Assembly: GCA_022424905.1 (NCBI GenBank)
Contig: JAKMGP010000038.1
Coordinates: forward strand, 704-64,703
Reading direction: 5' to 3'
Length of the DNA: 64,000 nucleotides
Origin: Akkermansiaceae bacterium
Lineage (GTDB): Bacteria > Verrucomicrobiota > Verrucomicrobiia > Verrucomicrobiales > Akkermansiaceae
In this document: piece by piece, positions 10,201 to 18,906 of the stretch
Layout of the letters: each line of letters begins with the position of its first letter
Position numbering within the stretch: position 1 is the first letter of the stretch
The notes under the pieces: generated by a model
The model's input: only the letters and a program-made list of their open reading frames with translations
Database searches by the model: none
What the model was told of the DNA's origin: nothing
Translations under genes and position numbers: made by a program

Positions 10201-10274
10201 CTGTCCAACTTGCCGCTGCCACCTCGGTTGCGCAAACTCTGCTGAATTTGGACGAAACCATGACCAAGAATTGA
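7248..10274 (+). CDS. PSCyt1 / DUF1549 / discoidin-like / DUF1553 domain protein (planctomycete-type cytochrome c family)
   Basis: Signal peptide MHRLLVLVLLTSPAFA at the second ATG (the ORF track starts at 7206). CFACHG haem-binding CxxCH motif. DUF1549-like block (IDRFVLARLEAEGL). AIDGNNKTAWTT discoidin/F5-8C-like block. DUF1553-like C-terminal part. Confidence 0.8.
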   Translation: MHRLLVLVLLTSPAFAKIDFATEIQPILSNNCFACHGPDEDSVKGGLRLDKLDLALKGGDSGDAIVPGKPENSLIITRLSLSHDDDNHMPPLDKKDPLTTSQKELLQKWIEEGARWGQHWAFIPPKRPKAPKIKNPVWIKNDIDRFVLARLEAEGLRPSKPANPRTLLRRLHLDVTGLPPSLAALRDFQLSNLGSQIESLLASPHYGEKWGREWLDVARYADSSGYEKDLPREMHFYRDWVVKAVNNDMAYNDFIIKQIAGDLLPNPTQDDRIATGYLRNSMTNEEGGAKPEQFRVEGIFDRVDAVGKGILGITTQCAQCHTHKYDPLTHDEHFGIFAYLNSIRETSIPAYSAEEETRINHIKKGITTIENRLKAENSDWQELYETWQDSILTPPLTPWTIQKITQYGDDGQKYQNLADDSLINQGYAATMMTAPFQHESSTIETIHSVRLELLNDPYLSLNGPGRSMAGTAALSEYLLHVNGKSVKFKSAKASVNPLEAKIDSRRYPLNAQRSSDDRTTGGAQFAIDGNNKTAWTTDQGPGRSNDPQVIVMELERPITKAGNHDLKTFLVQRHGGFNSDDNQNFNIGRFRLSFSSQSPTELDTLPPLVRGAILLKKRTLEQEALVFRYWRSTASQFSAYNEQIEKLWKQHPTPAVALVAKVVEKPRITRLFERGEQTKPQHEIKPFTPAFLNPLPNGDPASRLTFAKWLVADDSPTAARTLVNRIWQSYFGIGLVETPEDLGLQSPRPSHPKLLDWLAVELMENDWSMKHIHRLILRSATYQQDSAHISFLKEKDPNNRLLARGARIRVPAEILRDIQLSTSGLINLELGGRCVFPPAPEFLFQKPVSYGPKTWNVESDSQRYRRALYTFRFRSVPYPMLAVFDGTSGDASCVRRTTSTTPLQALTTLNEPMSVEAAIALGDRILRTSISDAFEHCTSRPPKVAELRVLNKLFEIQKTAFTRESAQKLITTYKPLTLDPTIHEPVQLAAATSVAQTLLNLDETMTKN

Positions 10275-10281
10275 TCACGCT

Positions 10282-11697
10282 ATGAAACTCATCTCAGATA
10301 TTCAACGAGCCCACTCACGACGCTGGTTTCTCAAAGATTGCGGCCTTGGGCTTGGCGCCATCGCTCTTACTTCTCTGGAAGCACAGGAGAACGCTCGTTC
10401 TGGAAATCCAAATCCAATGGCGCCTAAGCAGCCTCATTTCCCAGGAAAAGCCAAAAATGTTATCTTTCTATACATGGGAGGAGCTCCAAGTCATCTCGAC
10501 CTCTTTGATCATAAGCCCGAACTCACTCGATTCAATGGAACCAAGCCACCTGCCGAACTTCTCAAAAACTACCAATCGGCATTTATCAATCCAGATAACA
10601 ATCTGCTTGGACCCAAATTTAAGTTTAGACAGTATGGACAAGCCGGCACGAAGATGGCGGAGATCCTCCCCAATATTGGATCAATAGCCGACGAGATAGC
10701 GGTGGTTCGCTCCATGCACACTGAAGCATTCAATCATGCTCCGGCTCAAATACTCCTTTCCACCGGGTCGCAACAATTCGGTAGACCTAGCCTTGGTTCC
10801 TGGGTGACTTATGGTCTTGGCTCTGAAACCGACAATCTCCCGGCTTTCGTCGTGATGTCCTCGGGGTCAAAAGGGCCTTCGGGCGGTAATGCAAACTTTA
10901 ATTCCGGCTTTCTGCACTCCGTTTATGATGGTGTTCAATTCCGCTCGGTCGGCGACCCTGTTCTTTATTTGTCCAACCCACAAGGCATTTCAAAGAGAAA
11001 CCGCAAAGCCGTCATAGATGCCATCACCGAACTCAATCACCAGCACTTTGAATCCGTAGGCGATCCTGAAATTCAAACTCGTATCGCAGCTTATGAAATG
11101 TCGGTTCGCATGCAGGAAATCGCCCCTGAGGTCACTGATATTTCCCGTGAACCGGATCACATTCGCGAACTCTATGGTGCCGAACCTGGTAAACGATCTT
11201 TTGCAAATAATGCTCTCCTCGCTCGCCGTCTCGTCGAGCGAGGTGTCCGTTTCGTCGAGCTCTTCCACGAATCATGGGATCAACATGGCGGCCTTGTTAG
11301 AGGGCTCAAAAAGAATTGTAAAGACGTCGACCAAGCGTGCGCAGCTCTCATTAAAGATCTCAAGCAACGCGGTATGCTTGAAGAAACTCTCATCGTTTTT
11401 GGTGGAGAGTTTGGTCGCACCCCAATGACTCAGGGTGCCTCTGATGGGCGTGACCACCACCCCAATGCCTTTACAATGTGGCTCGCCGGGGGGGGGATTA
11501 AAGGTGGAGTTAATTATGGAAAAACCGACAGCTTTGGTTTCAATGCGGTGGAGGATAAAGTCCATATTCACGACCTCAACGCCACCATCCTTCATCAACT
11601 TGGCTTCGATCACGAAAAGCTAACCACCCGCTTTCAAGGTCGCGACTTTCGTCTTACCGACGTCCACGGCCAAGTGATCAGACCGATCCTCGCCTAA
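10282..11697 (+). CDS. Tat-exported DUF1501 (sulfatase-fold) protein
   Basis: Twin-arginine signal SRRWFLKDCGLGLGAIALTS. DUF1501-type blocks follow (NVIFLYMGGAPSHLDLFD, FGGEFGRTP, GRDHH). It sits 8 bp after the DUF1553 gene, which is the canonical pairing. Confidence 0.85.
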   Translation: MKLISDIQRAHSRRWFLKDCGLGLGAIALTSLEAQENARSGNPNPMAPKQPHFPGKAKNVIFLYMGGAPSHLDLFDHKPELTRFNGTKPPAELLKNYQSAFINPDNNLLGPKFKFRQYGQAGTKMAEILPNIGSIADEIAVVRSMHTEAFNHAPAQILLSTGSQQFGRPSLGSWVTYGLGSETDNLPAFVVMSSGSKGPSGGNANFNSGFLHSVYDGVQFRSVGDPVLYLSNPQGISKRNRKAVIDAITELNHQHFESVGDPEIQTRIAAYEMSVRMQEIAPEVTDISREPDHIRELYGAEPGKRSFANNALLARRLVERGVRFVELFHESWDQHGGLVRGLKKNCKDVDQACAALIKDLKQRGMLEETLIVFGGEFGRTPMTQGASDGRDHHPNAFTMWLAGGGIKGGVNYGKTDSFGFNAVEDKVHIHDLNATILHQLGFDHEKLTTRFQGRDFRLTDVHGQVIRPILA

Positions 11698-12593
11698 GAC
11701 TTTTTCATCAAGCCCTTCAGCTCCTCCAATTCAGTCTCATCCATCTCAATTAGATGATTTGAGTGGGGAAAGGAACCACCACCCACATCAGCGACATATT
11801 CCTGAAAGGCCGCAATTCGCTCTTCCTGTAGGCGACGAAACTCCGCTGAGAAATCTCGATACACTTTTGCGTGCCTTGGGGCTCGCTCATCATAATCCCC
11901 AAGAATATCGTCCGAAAACAAGAACTGAGTATCACAACCCGAACCAGAACCGAGCGACATTAGAAGCAGCGAAGTTTCACCACACAACCAACTCGCAAGC
12001 TGGTGGGGAACACACTCAATTTCAGCTGCATAAGCACCGGCAGACTCGAGCTCCTTCATTTTTTCATAAAGCATCTTCCCCTCCTCCGCAGTTTTTCCAA
12101 TTGCTCGGTAATTTGTCCACGTAACATGCCGGGGAACGAGACCAAGATGTCCGACTACAGGAATCCCCTCTCTTGCCATTGCCTCAATCATCCATGGACT
12201 AGCTGAGCAATAGACCGAGCTCGCCCCCATCTCGAGTGCCTTAAAGCCAATTTGGATAGCCTCCTCCCGGGACGTCAAGCCATGCGGAGTTGCACCCGAA
12301 AAAAAACTATTCGGAGCAGCTTCCACCAATCTTGGAAGCTGAGCTTGAGACTCAACCGAATCGAAACTGCAACTCATGAGATCGACTCCGGCTTTTTCGG
12401 CCGCAGCAGCCTCTTCAGGGGACTTCACATGGATGTGAGTAAGACAACGCTTTCCTTTTAGCTTTTTTAAATCGTAAATTGTAAACTTTTTTCGCGCCCG
12501 AATCATAGGCCGGCAGGATATCACCCCCGATGGTTCTTTACCAAGCAACACTTGCGCTAATCTATCCTCTCGTTGCATGGGAAGTCCCGACAA
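11694..12593 (-). CDS. Divergent 3-methyl-2-oxobutanoate hydroxymethyltransferase (PanB/KPHMT) family protein
   Basis: GHLGLVPRHV, AGAYAAEIECVP and SLGSGSGCDTQFLFSDDILG align with the PanB blocks GHIGLTPQ, AGAFALVLECVP and IGIGAG..CDGQVLV..D.LG. The GDSLGMV block is altered (SCSFDSVES). No panC/panD lies nearby. Confidence 0.55.
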   Translation of the reverse strand: MSGLPMQREDRLAQVLLGKEPSGVISCRPMIRARKKFTIYDLKKLKGKRCLTHIHVKSPEEAAAAEKAGVDLMSCSFDSVESQAQLPRLVEAAPNSFFSGATPHGLTSREEAIQIGFKALEMGASSVYCSASPWMIEAMAREGIPVVGHLGLVPRHVTWTNYRAIGKTAEEGKMLYEKMKELESAGAYAAEIECVPHQLASWLCGETSLLLMSLGSGSGCDTQFLFSDDILGDYDERAPRHAKVYRDFSAEFRRLQEERIAAFQEYVADVGGGSFPHSNHLIEMDETELEELKGLMKKS

Positions 12594-12733
12594 GAAGGCT
12601 AAGGACCGAAGCGATGAAAACGAAAATAATTCGAAAATGGTATCTAACAGATGTTCTGAAATACTAGACGCGCTCGAGACATCCTGCAGTTCGCGATAGG
12701 GACAACCACTCTCAAAAACTCCAATTGTAGAGC

Positions 12734-15100
12734 TTAGCTAAGTCCACCGCGTCGACGAATCACCCATTCTGTTGTCAAAAGAATTGCCAGTAAAAGAAAC
12801 ACTGGCCAAGCATCCCAAAGAGAAGTCTCTCGGAGTTCGGTCCGCCTCTCATCACCCCTTAGAAACAGATCTGCAAGGGCGCTTTCTCCTTTAAAGACTC
12901 GCCCGCCAGACATTTTCGCTACGGAATCAAGAAGCGGTTGATTGAGAGTAGTCTCAGAGAGTTCGACGGCACTTCGAGCACCAACCACACGAAAGCTTGT
13001 CATCACTTCGTCACGAACCTTGACCTCATAAGCCCCAGGCTTCCTGAACGGCCCCGCAAGGCTTTCGTGGATCCCGTTTGAATTATCACGATATTTCAAT
13101 GGCACCTGCTTCATTTCACCCGATTCGTGAGTAACCTCCGCGATTAGGTTTTTGTCCTCGATTGGGTTCAGCTCGCCATCTCTCAACCGCGCCATGATCT
13201 GAATCCGATCATCGCCAGTGTAGGTCAATTGGTCTGTTCCAAGCCTAATCTTTTCGTTACCAGCACGTAAATTGGGACCAGCACCCCATCGAACCAATTG
13301 CCCCCAAAAACGGTGGTGATAGATATCGCCAACACCTTCACGAAGACGCCAAGTTCGATCTGCTAGCAACATTGCAACCTTTCCGGCACCTGTTTGGCGT
13401 GTCACTAAAAGAGCGTTCTCAGCTTCTCGCTCGCGACGGCGAGCCACCGCAGATAGTGCGGCGTCAAGACTAGCAGCAGAATCGATTTTTCGTTCTTTTT
13501 GATTAGTGGGTTCGGCATAAAGCAGAACTTCAGCAGTAGGCTGGAGCCCTTCGACCGGATGTCTCCAGCGAATCGCCGGAAATTGTTTCCATAAACGTTC
13601 ATTCCTCATCTGTCCTTCGACTTGGGCGGTGATGGGGTGGCTACGGCCGATATTTGTAAGCGAAAAACGGAATTCTTCCTCATTTCCATAAAAAGTTCTT
13701 CGTGAGGCCTTATACCTTATCGGGATGAGATCACGGGCGACTTCTGACTGAAAAGAATGCGGCATGTATTCCGGACCAGCCACCAAAACCATAAGAGCTG
13801 CCCTTTCTTTAACGCAACCCTCAAGAATTCTCCACTGATTGTTACTTAAAGCATCAGGACCGATGTCACCTACAATAATAACATCAAACTTTCGCCACTC
13901 TTCTTCCACTTCGGGTAAGTGCGTTGCATTTGCTTCTCCAAAAGGACGACTTGCTGACGCCACAACCTTAGGCGGACTATGCCCCGAGATCCGATCTGGC
14001 TCAAGCAACACCGATTGGAGGTGGATTGACTGATCGCGACCATAGAAAAGGTTTCGCAAGTATCGGAACTCCCAACGTGGATGCCTATCGATTAAGAGGA
14101 CATTTGTCCGGGCGTCACTGACTACCGTCTGAAATTCCCACTCGTTATTATTTTCAAAAGTCTCGTCTACTAACCCGCTCAGAACGATGCGGTATTCTCC
14201 AACTCCCCCATCTTCGGGCGCATGACGAAATTTAACCTCCTCCCGATAATTATCTTGAGGAATTGAAATCTCTTTCGCTTCAAGTTCCTTGTCGCCCGCA
14301 AAAAGCTGTAATTTGGCCTTCTTGCCGCGAAATCCATCGAACTTCAAAAGGGTACCGACTCGGATTCGGTCGCCGAGGTAAACAGAATCTGGGGCGCTTA
14401 CTGAAATGATTGCAGCATCCTTTGGTGGAACATCACTCCCTGATGGAATCACAGCAATCGGAGCATCCAAAATTCCGAATCGGCGAGACACATCTTCAAC
14501 GCTTCCTGGCCGATTATGGCGACCGTCGCTGAGTAATACCACGCCAGCCAACTGATCAGGCGGAACTTGATCAAGGATCGCTTCCAAACCTCCGGCCAAA
14601 TCGGTAGCCTGATCCCAACCTTCGACCTCACTACTATCATCAAGAAGGGCCTTTCTTGCCGCTCGCACCTCGCGAACAGCAACTTTTCCATCGAGTTCAT
14701 CGATAAGCCCACTTTCCTCAAGTTTCTCGCGGGCGAGCTCCAGTCGTGACTTATCTTGACCGTCATCCACTAGATCCATAGAGGCCGAATCATCGATCAT
14801 CACAATGACTTCGCGTTCGATTTCCCGCTCCACATATCGGCTCCAAACCGGCTGCAGGAGAATCCACAAAAGTAAGCTTAGCTCTGCCAAGCGAAGACCT
14901 ATTAGAAGACGCCCTCTTTGCGGACTGATTGCATTACGCTCGTATCGATAGCTCCAAAAAATCAATTCAGCTCCGACAGCTCCGATCAAAGGGAGCACCC
15001 AGGCTGGCCAAAAAGGGTTGATTTCAAGCCACCGAGCCAAAAGTAAAACCACCCCCCAAAGCGCAAAGAATATTAGAGTAGCACGGACTAACATTTTCAC
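12734..15100 (-). CDS. Membrane protein with VWA-like domain, last gene of the Bat/MoxR operon
   Basis: N-terminal TM helices, a VWA MIDAS-like VIVMIDDSASMD motif, a large extracytoplasmic region and a C-terminal TM helix. There is a 4-bp overlap with the upstream BatA-like gene. Confidence 0.6.
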   Translation of the reverse strand: MKMLVRATLIFFALWGVVLLLARWLEINPFWPAWVLPLIGAVGAELIFWSYRYERNAISPQRGRLLIGLRLAELSLLLWILLQPVWSRYVEREIEREVIVMIDDSASMDLVDDGQDKSRLELAREKLEESGLIDELDGKVAVREVRAARKALLDDSSEVEGWDQATDLAGGLEAILDQVPPDQLAGVVLLSDGRHNRPGSVEDVSRRFGILDAPIAVIPSGSDVPPKDAAIISVSAPDSVYLGDRIRVGTLLKFDGFRGKKAKLQLFAGDKELEAKEISIPQDNYREEVKFRHAPEDGGVGEYRIVLSGLVDETFENNNEWEFQTVVSDARTNVLLIDRHPRWEFRYLRNLFYGRDQSIHLQSVLLEPDRISGHSPPKVVASASRPFGEANATHLPEVEEEWRKFDVIIVGDIGPDALSNNQWRILEGCVKERAALMVLVAGPEYMPHSFQSEVARDLIPIRYKASRRTFYGNEEEFRFSLTNIGRSHPITAQVEGQMRNERLWKQFPAIRWRHPVEGLQPTAEVLLYAEPTNQKERKIDSAASLDAALSAVARRREREAENALLVTRQTGAGKVAMLLADRTWRLREGVGDIYHHRFWGQLVRWGAGPNLRAGNEKIRLGTDQLTYTGDDRIQIMARLRDGELNPIEDKNLIAEVTHESGEMKQVPLKYRDNSNGIHESLAGPFRKPGAYEVKVRDEVMTSFRVVGARSAVELSETTLNQPLLDSVAKMSGGRVFKGESALADLFLRGDERRTELRETSLWDAWPVFLLLAILLTTEWVIRRRGGLS

Positions 15101-17961
15101 GGCTCCCCTCCTTTCATTCCTTTAGTTTTAGCAGCCGACCTTAAGAACGAATCGGGAATCTCCTCCCGATATTCAAAATCTATTTTAACTTCCTCTCCAG
15201 CTTCCCGCGATTTCGAAACCCAGCGAGCTAAAACACCTTCAAGGAAGAATAAAATAAGCGCTGCTATCGCTAAGATTTTCCAAATCTCTTGTCCAAAACC
15301 TTCGCCTCGCAACGCCGCCAAAATATCTTTGATCGATTTCACCTCAATAAGATTAATTTCTCGCCTGATTAATCTTCGATCATCATCATTCCAGAAGTCG
15401 AGACGACTTTCATCTCCTTCACGCTCCACCACAAGAGGAACCTCTTTCTCCCCAAGCATCAAATCTTGCACTGCATCAGGGATACCCACCAAATATTCCC
15501 CAGGAATCGCCGAACCATCAACCTCCAAGAGCTTGCCGCGCCGGCCAAGAGATGCTGCAACCTCCCGCTCAATTCCCATCGGGTCCTTTGCGGAAGAATC
15601 CCCCAAAATCACACTCGATTCGTCCTGGCTCACCGGAATAAAGACCGAAGCCGGAACCACTTCCTTTATACCATCTGGCCGTTCCCAAGAAAGAGTGACC
15701 CACGCACCACCCCACTCCTCTTCGTAACTCGCTGAAAAAACGACCGGCTTACCAGCCAGTAGTTCAACTTTCGAGCTGCGCCCTTGAACCGCTTCTTCGC
15801 CTTCGTAAACAATTTCGCCATCAAGTTTCAGTTGGAACTTATCATCAACTGTCACCTCAAAAACATACTCACCAGAAGCTGGAGGGACCAGCGAACCCGT
15901 CCAAGTCACGCCAAATCGATCGGCTGGAAAACCCTTTTCAGGCGCACCGTCCTTCCAATTGAAATCAATCGCCGAATCAATACGACTTAAATCTTCACCC
16001 CGATTTTCGAGCGAACGATAATCCGCCTTTAAACCGCCACCACCTGGAAGAGAAAGAGCCGGGCTCCAACTTGCCCGCACATTTAAATCCACAGTCTGGC
16101 CGCCAGCCAACCAGTTTGTCATCTCGTGAACAAAGGGAACAAAACTCGGCCGCGCTGGGAAACTCCCCATTCGTGCGTCGAGAGAAGTTGTTGTTACAAA
16201 GACACGGCCGTTTCCGTAGTTTCGGGTTGCCAGGAAAATTTCTCCATCACTATATCGTGCCGCAGCAAGAGCCCCCTCTACAAGGTTTGATGAATTCCGA
16301 TACCCTTCAATGACAGCCTCGCCAAAATCCTGGCCAACTTCATCTTTAAAAAGACTAAGAACAGGATGGTCAAAGGTCCCTGGAGCAGCCTGCACCCCAT
16401 TTTCGGGAAACCTCATTTCTCCAAGGTTTAGAGGCATTACCTTCCCGTCCCCTCCTCGCCACGAATTATAATAAGTTGGATCCAACTTTGGACCCGCGAT
16501 TACCCACAAACCTCCCCCATTGATTACGAAATCTGCGATCCGCGAAGCGGCCGATGCTGGAAGGCGGGTCACGTCGGCCAAAACAATTACCGCGTCATTG
16601 TCAATTTTCTCACGAGTCAGTGCTGCAGCATCTATAACCCGCGGATCAACAAACGTTTCTTCTTTTTCAGACACTGGAGCGAGCGCAAGGGAAAGGTAAC
16701 CACCCGCTCGCTGAAAGAAAGAAGCACCAGCATTCCCCTCAACAATTAAGACAGGCAGAGTCTTTTTTACCCAGACAGCTTTCTCGGCAATATCATCGCC
16801 GGAAAGATCATCATTCCCGTCTAGAACCACCTTAATCACCTGCGGGCCAATTTTTGAAAATTGATAGCGATATTCGAGGACTGAGCTCTCGCCAGATGCC
16901 ATCTGTCCTAATCCTTTAGGTTCTAATTCGTTCTCCCCTACGGTAACTCTCATCAACCCTGGTGTGACCACCTCAGTCCCAGTGTTCTCAATCGAGATCC
17001 GAATCACGACCTCACGATCAGTCCCAACAACATCACGCGAAAGTTTAATCCCAGTGATTGAAACATTACGCAACTTCTCAGGAGGAGCAAACGAACGGAG
17101 CAAAAGCCGCGGCTTCGCCCGGTCGGGCAACCCCTCCCAAGCATCCCCAAGATTAGCCCATGAGGTGCTACTATCAAACTGCCAACCGATTCGTTGCAAA
17201 TCGGTGAATACGACAAGATCCCGACTACTCCCCCTACCCTCGGCGAGCGAAAGTGTTGCCACACCGAGAGCGTCGTGTGCACGAAACGCTCCCCCCACCG
17301 GCTCAAGTTGATCTAAAGCCTCCAAAACATCTGCTCGATGGGTAAGCGGAGTTCCAGTTTTCAACTCAGGAGCCGGTCCACCTAGAACGATAGAAAAAGC
17401 CGTCCCCTTTGGTGCTCCCTTCACGAAATCCCGAGCCTCCTCAACTGCCCGTTCGAAAGTTGTCCTCCCATCCTCGCGCAACAACATTGAAGTCGACCCG
17501 TCGATTACAATCGCTACGTCACGGCGTTCGCTGGTCTGATATCGCTCTAAGTTGAGATTTTTTTCCTTCAAGATTAAAAACCATGCCCCAAGCAATATTA
17601 GAATCGCCGACCCACGCATCGCCCATTTCCCCCTTACCGAGGAAATTACAAAAGAGCCACCAAAAGCTGCAACACCAAGCAAACCAAGCGGCAGGACAAA
17701 TAGCCATGGTATTCCCGAGTTGGGCGGCACAAAAGGCCGAGCGACCGCCAAAACAATTAGGGCAATCAAAAGGCAGCGGGCAATCATCAGCAAAAAATCC
17801 TCCCACTCCATTCGTCGACGACGAGCGGCTACAGTATCAAAAAGGAAGCGCATCGCCCCCCAATCGTAGGGTTTCGCAGCCTGGCGACGAATCAGGTGTA
17901 GAATCACGGGGATCAACACACCCGCTAAGCCTGCCAATAAAACTGGATTACGGAATAGCAT
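15097..17961 (-). CDS. BatA-like N-terminal double-TM / VWA protein carrying a PA14 domain
   Basis: The N-terminus MLFRNPVLLAGLAGVLIPVILHLIRR matches the aerotolerance-regulator N-terminal domain. VWA MIDAS motif DVAIVIDGSTSM. PA14-like block FGVTWTGSLVPPASGEYVFEVTVDDKFQLKLDGEIVYEG. C-terminal TM helix. Confidence 0.75.
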   Translation of the reverse strand: MLFRNPVLLAGLAGVLIPVILHLIRRQAAKPYDWGAMRFLFDTVAARRRRMEWEDFLLMIARCLLIALIVLAVARPFVPPNSGIPWLFVLPLGLLGVAAFGGSFVISSVRGKWAMRGSAILILLGAWFLILKEKNLNLERYQTSERRDVAIVIDGSTSMLLREDGRTTFERAVEEARDFVKGAPKGTAFSIVLGGPAPELKTGTPLTHRADVLEALDQLEPVGGAFRAHDALGVATLSLAEGRGSSRDLVVFTDLQRIGWQFDSSTSWANLGDAWEGLPDRAKPRLLLRSFAPPEKLRNVSITGIKLSRDVVGTDREVVIRISIENTGTEVVTPGLMRVTVGENELEPKGLGQMASGESSVLEYRYQFSKIGPQVIKVVLDGNDDLSGDDIAEKAVWVKKTLPVLIVEGNAGASFFQRAGGYLSLALAPVSEKEETFVDPRVIDAAALTREKIDNDAVIVLADVTRLPASAASRIADFVINGGGLWVIAGPKLDPTYYNSWRGGDGKVMPLNLGEMRFPENGVQAAPGTFDHPVLSLFKDEVGQDFGEAVIEGYRNSSNLVEGALAAARYSDGEIFLATRNYGNGRVFVTTTSLDARMGSFPARPSFVPFVHEMTNWLAGGQTVDLNVRASWSPALSLPGGGGLKADYRSLENRGEDLSRIDSAIDFNWKDGAPEKGFPADRFGVTWTGSLVPPASGEYVFEVTVDDKFQLKLDGEIVYEGEEAVQGRSSKVELLAGKPVVFSASYEEEWGGAWVTLSWERPDGIKEVVPASVFIPVSQDESSVILGDSSAKDPMGIEREVAASLGRRGKLLEVDGSAIPGEYLVGIPDAVQDLMLGEKEVPLVVEREGDESRLDFWNDDDRRLIRREINLIEVKSIKDILAALRGEGFGQEIWKILAIAALILFFLEGVLARWVSKSREAGEEVKIDFEYREEIPDSFLRSAAKTKGMKGGEP

Positions 17962-17962
17962 G

Positions 17963-18886
17963 TTACCTCTTCCTCCCTCCCAAATACCGCACCAGAGCTT
18001 CTGAGACCGGGGTCTTGGTGGTCACCGGTACGTAGTCTGCCCGAAGATTTCCACACACCGACTCAATCGATGCGATAAACTCCCTCAGTTTTTTAAGGTA
18101 AGCTGCGCGTACTGCTTGAGGATCAATCCGTAGCATTTCCTCAACCCCTTCCAAATCATGAAAGCGTTGAAAAGTTTGAAATGGAAAGCTCAACTCCTCC
18201 TCAGCCAGTAAATGAAAAACCACCAATTCATGCTGACGATAATCAAAATGATGAAGCGCTTCGACAATCTGCTCCGGCTCGTCGAAAAGATCACTAATGA
18301 TGATAACAAGTCCCCGCCTTGGAATCCGTTCAGCAACCTCATTAAGAACTTTACCTACACCAGTTTCTTTTCCCGGCTCAGTTCCATGAAGTTCTTCACA
18401 AATCCTTCGAACCTGGCTCGGTCTATTCTCAGCACGCATTGAAGTGCGTAAGGTGTCATCAAAGGTGACCAACCCGGAAGCATCACCTTGCTTGATGAAG
18501 AGATAAGATAGCGCAGCCGCGAGATACTGACCATACTCAAACTTCGAAAGTTCCGATTCCTCTCCTTTAAAACTCATTGAGCCAGAGACATCCAAAACAA
18601 TAGTCGCTCTCAAATTGGTCTCTTCGATATACTGCTTAATGACATTGCGGTCACTTTTTGCCATCACTCGCCAATCAAGATTTCGCAAATCATCACCGAG
18701 CGTATATTCTCGGTGTTCAGCAAACTCAACCGACACCCCTTTATCTGGGCTGGAGTGACGCCCAGTCAGAGTTCCTTGCTTCCGCAATCTCGAAAGCCAC
18801 TCAAGGCGACGTAGCGACCCCACTACCTCGGGAACAAGCAAACGCATGCACTCAGGCATTTTTAAACGATCTGCATCTTCGGCCAT
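17963..18886 (-). CDS. DUF58 domain protein (MoxR-associated, VWA-like)
   Basis: HREYTLGDDLRNLDWRVMAKSDRNVIKQY is the typical DUF58 signature. It is positioned between the MoxR gene and the BatA-like gene. Confidence 0.85.
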   Translation of the reverse strand: MAEDADRLKMPECMRLLVPEVVGSLRRLEWLSRLRKQGTLTGRHSSPDKGVSVEFAEHREYTLGDDLRNLDWRVMAKSDRNVIKQYIEETNLRATIVLDVSGSMSFKGEESELSKFEYGQYLAAALSYLFIKQGDASGLVTFDDTLRTSMRAENRPSQVRRICEELHGTEPGKETGVGKVLNEVAERIPRRGLVIIISDLFDEPEQIVEALHHFDYRQHELVVFHLLAEEELSFPFQTFQRFHDLEGVEEMLRIDPQAVRAAYLKKLREFIASIESVCGNLRADYVPVTTKTPVSEALVRYLGGRKR

Positions 18887-18906
18887 TCCGGTCTTGTAAG
18901 TGAAGA

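Noticed and set aside
17583-18035. 150-aa and 105-aa plus-strand ORFs at the BatA-like/DUF58 junction.
   Set aside because: They are antisense to motif-supported genes and show no recognisable features.
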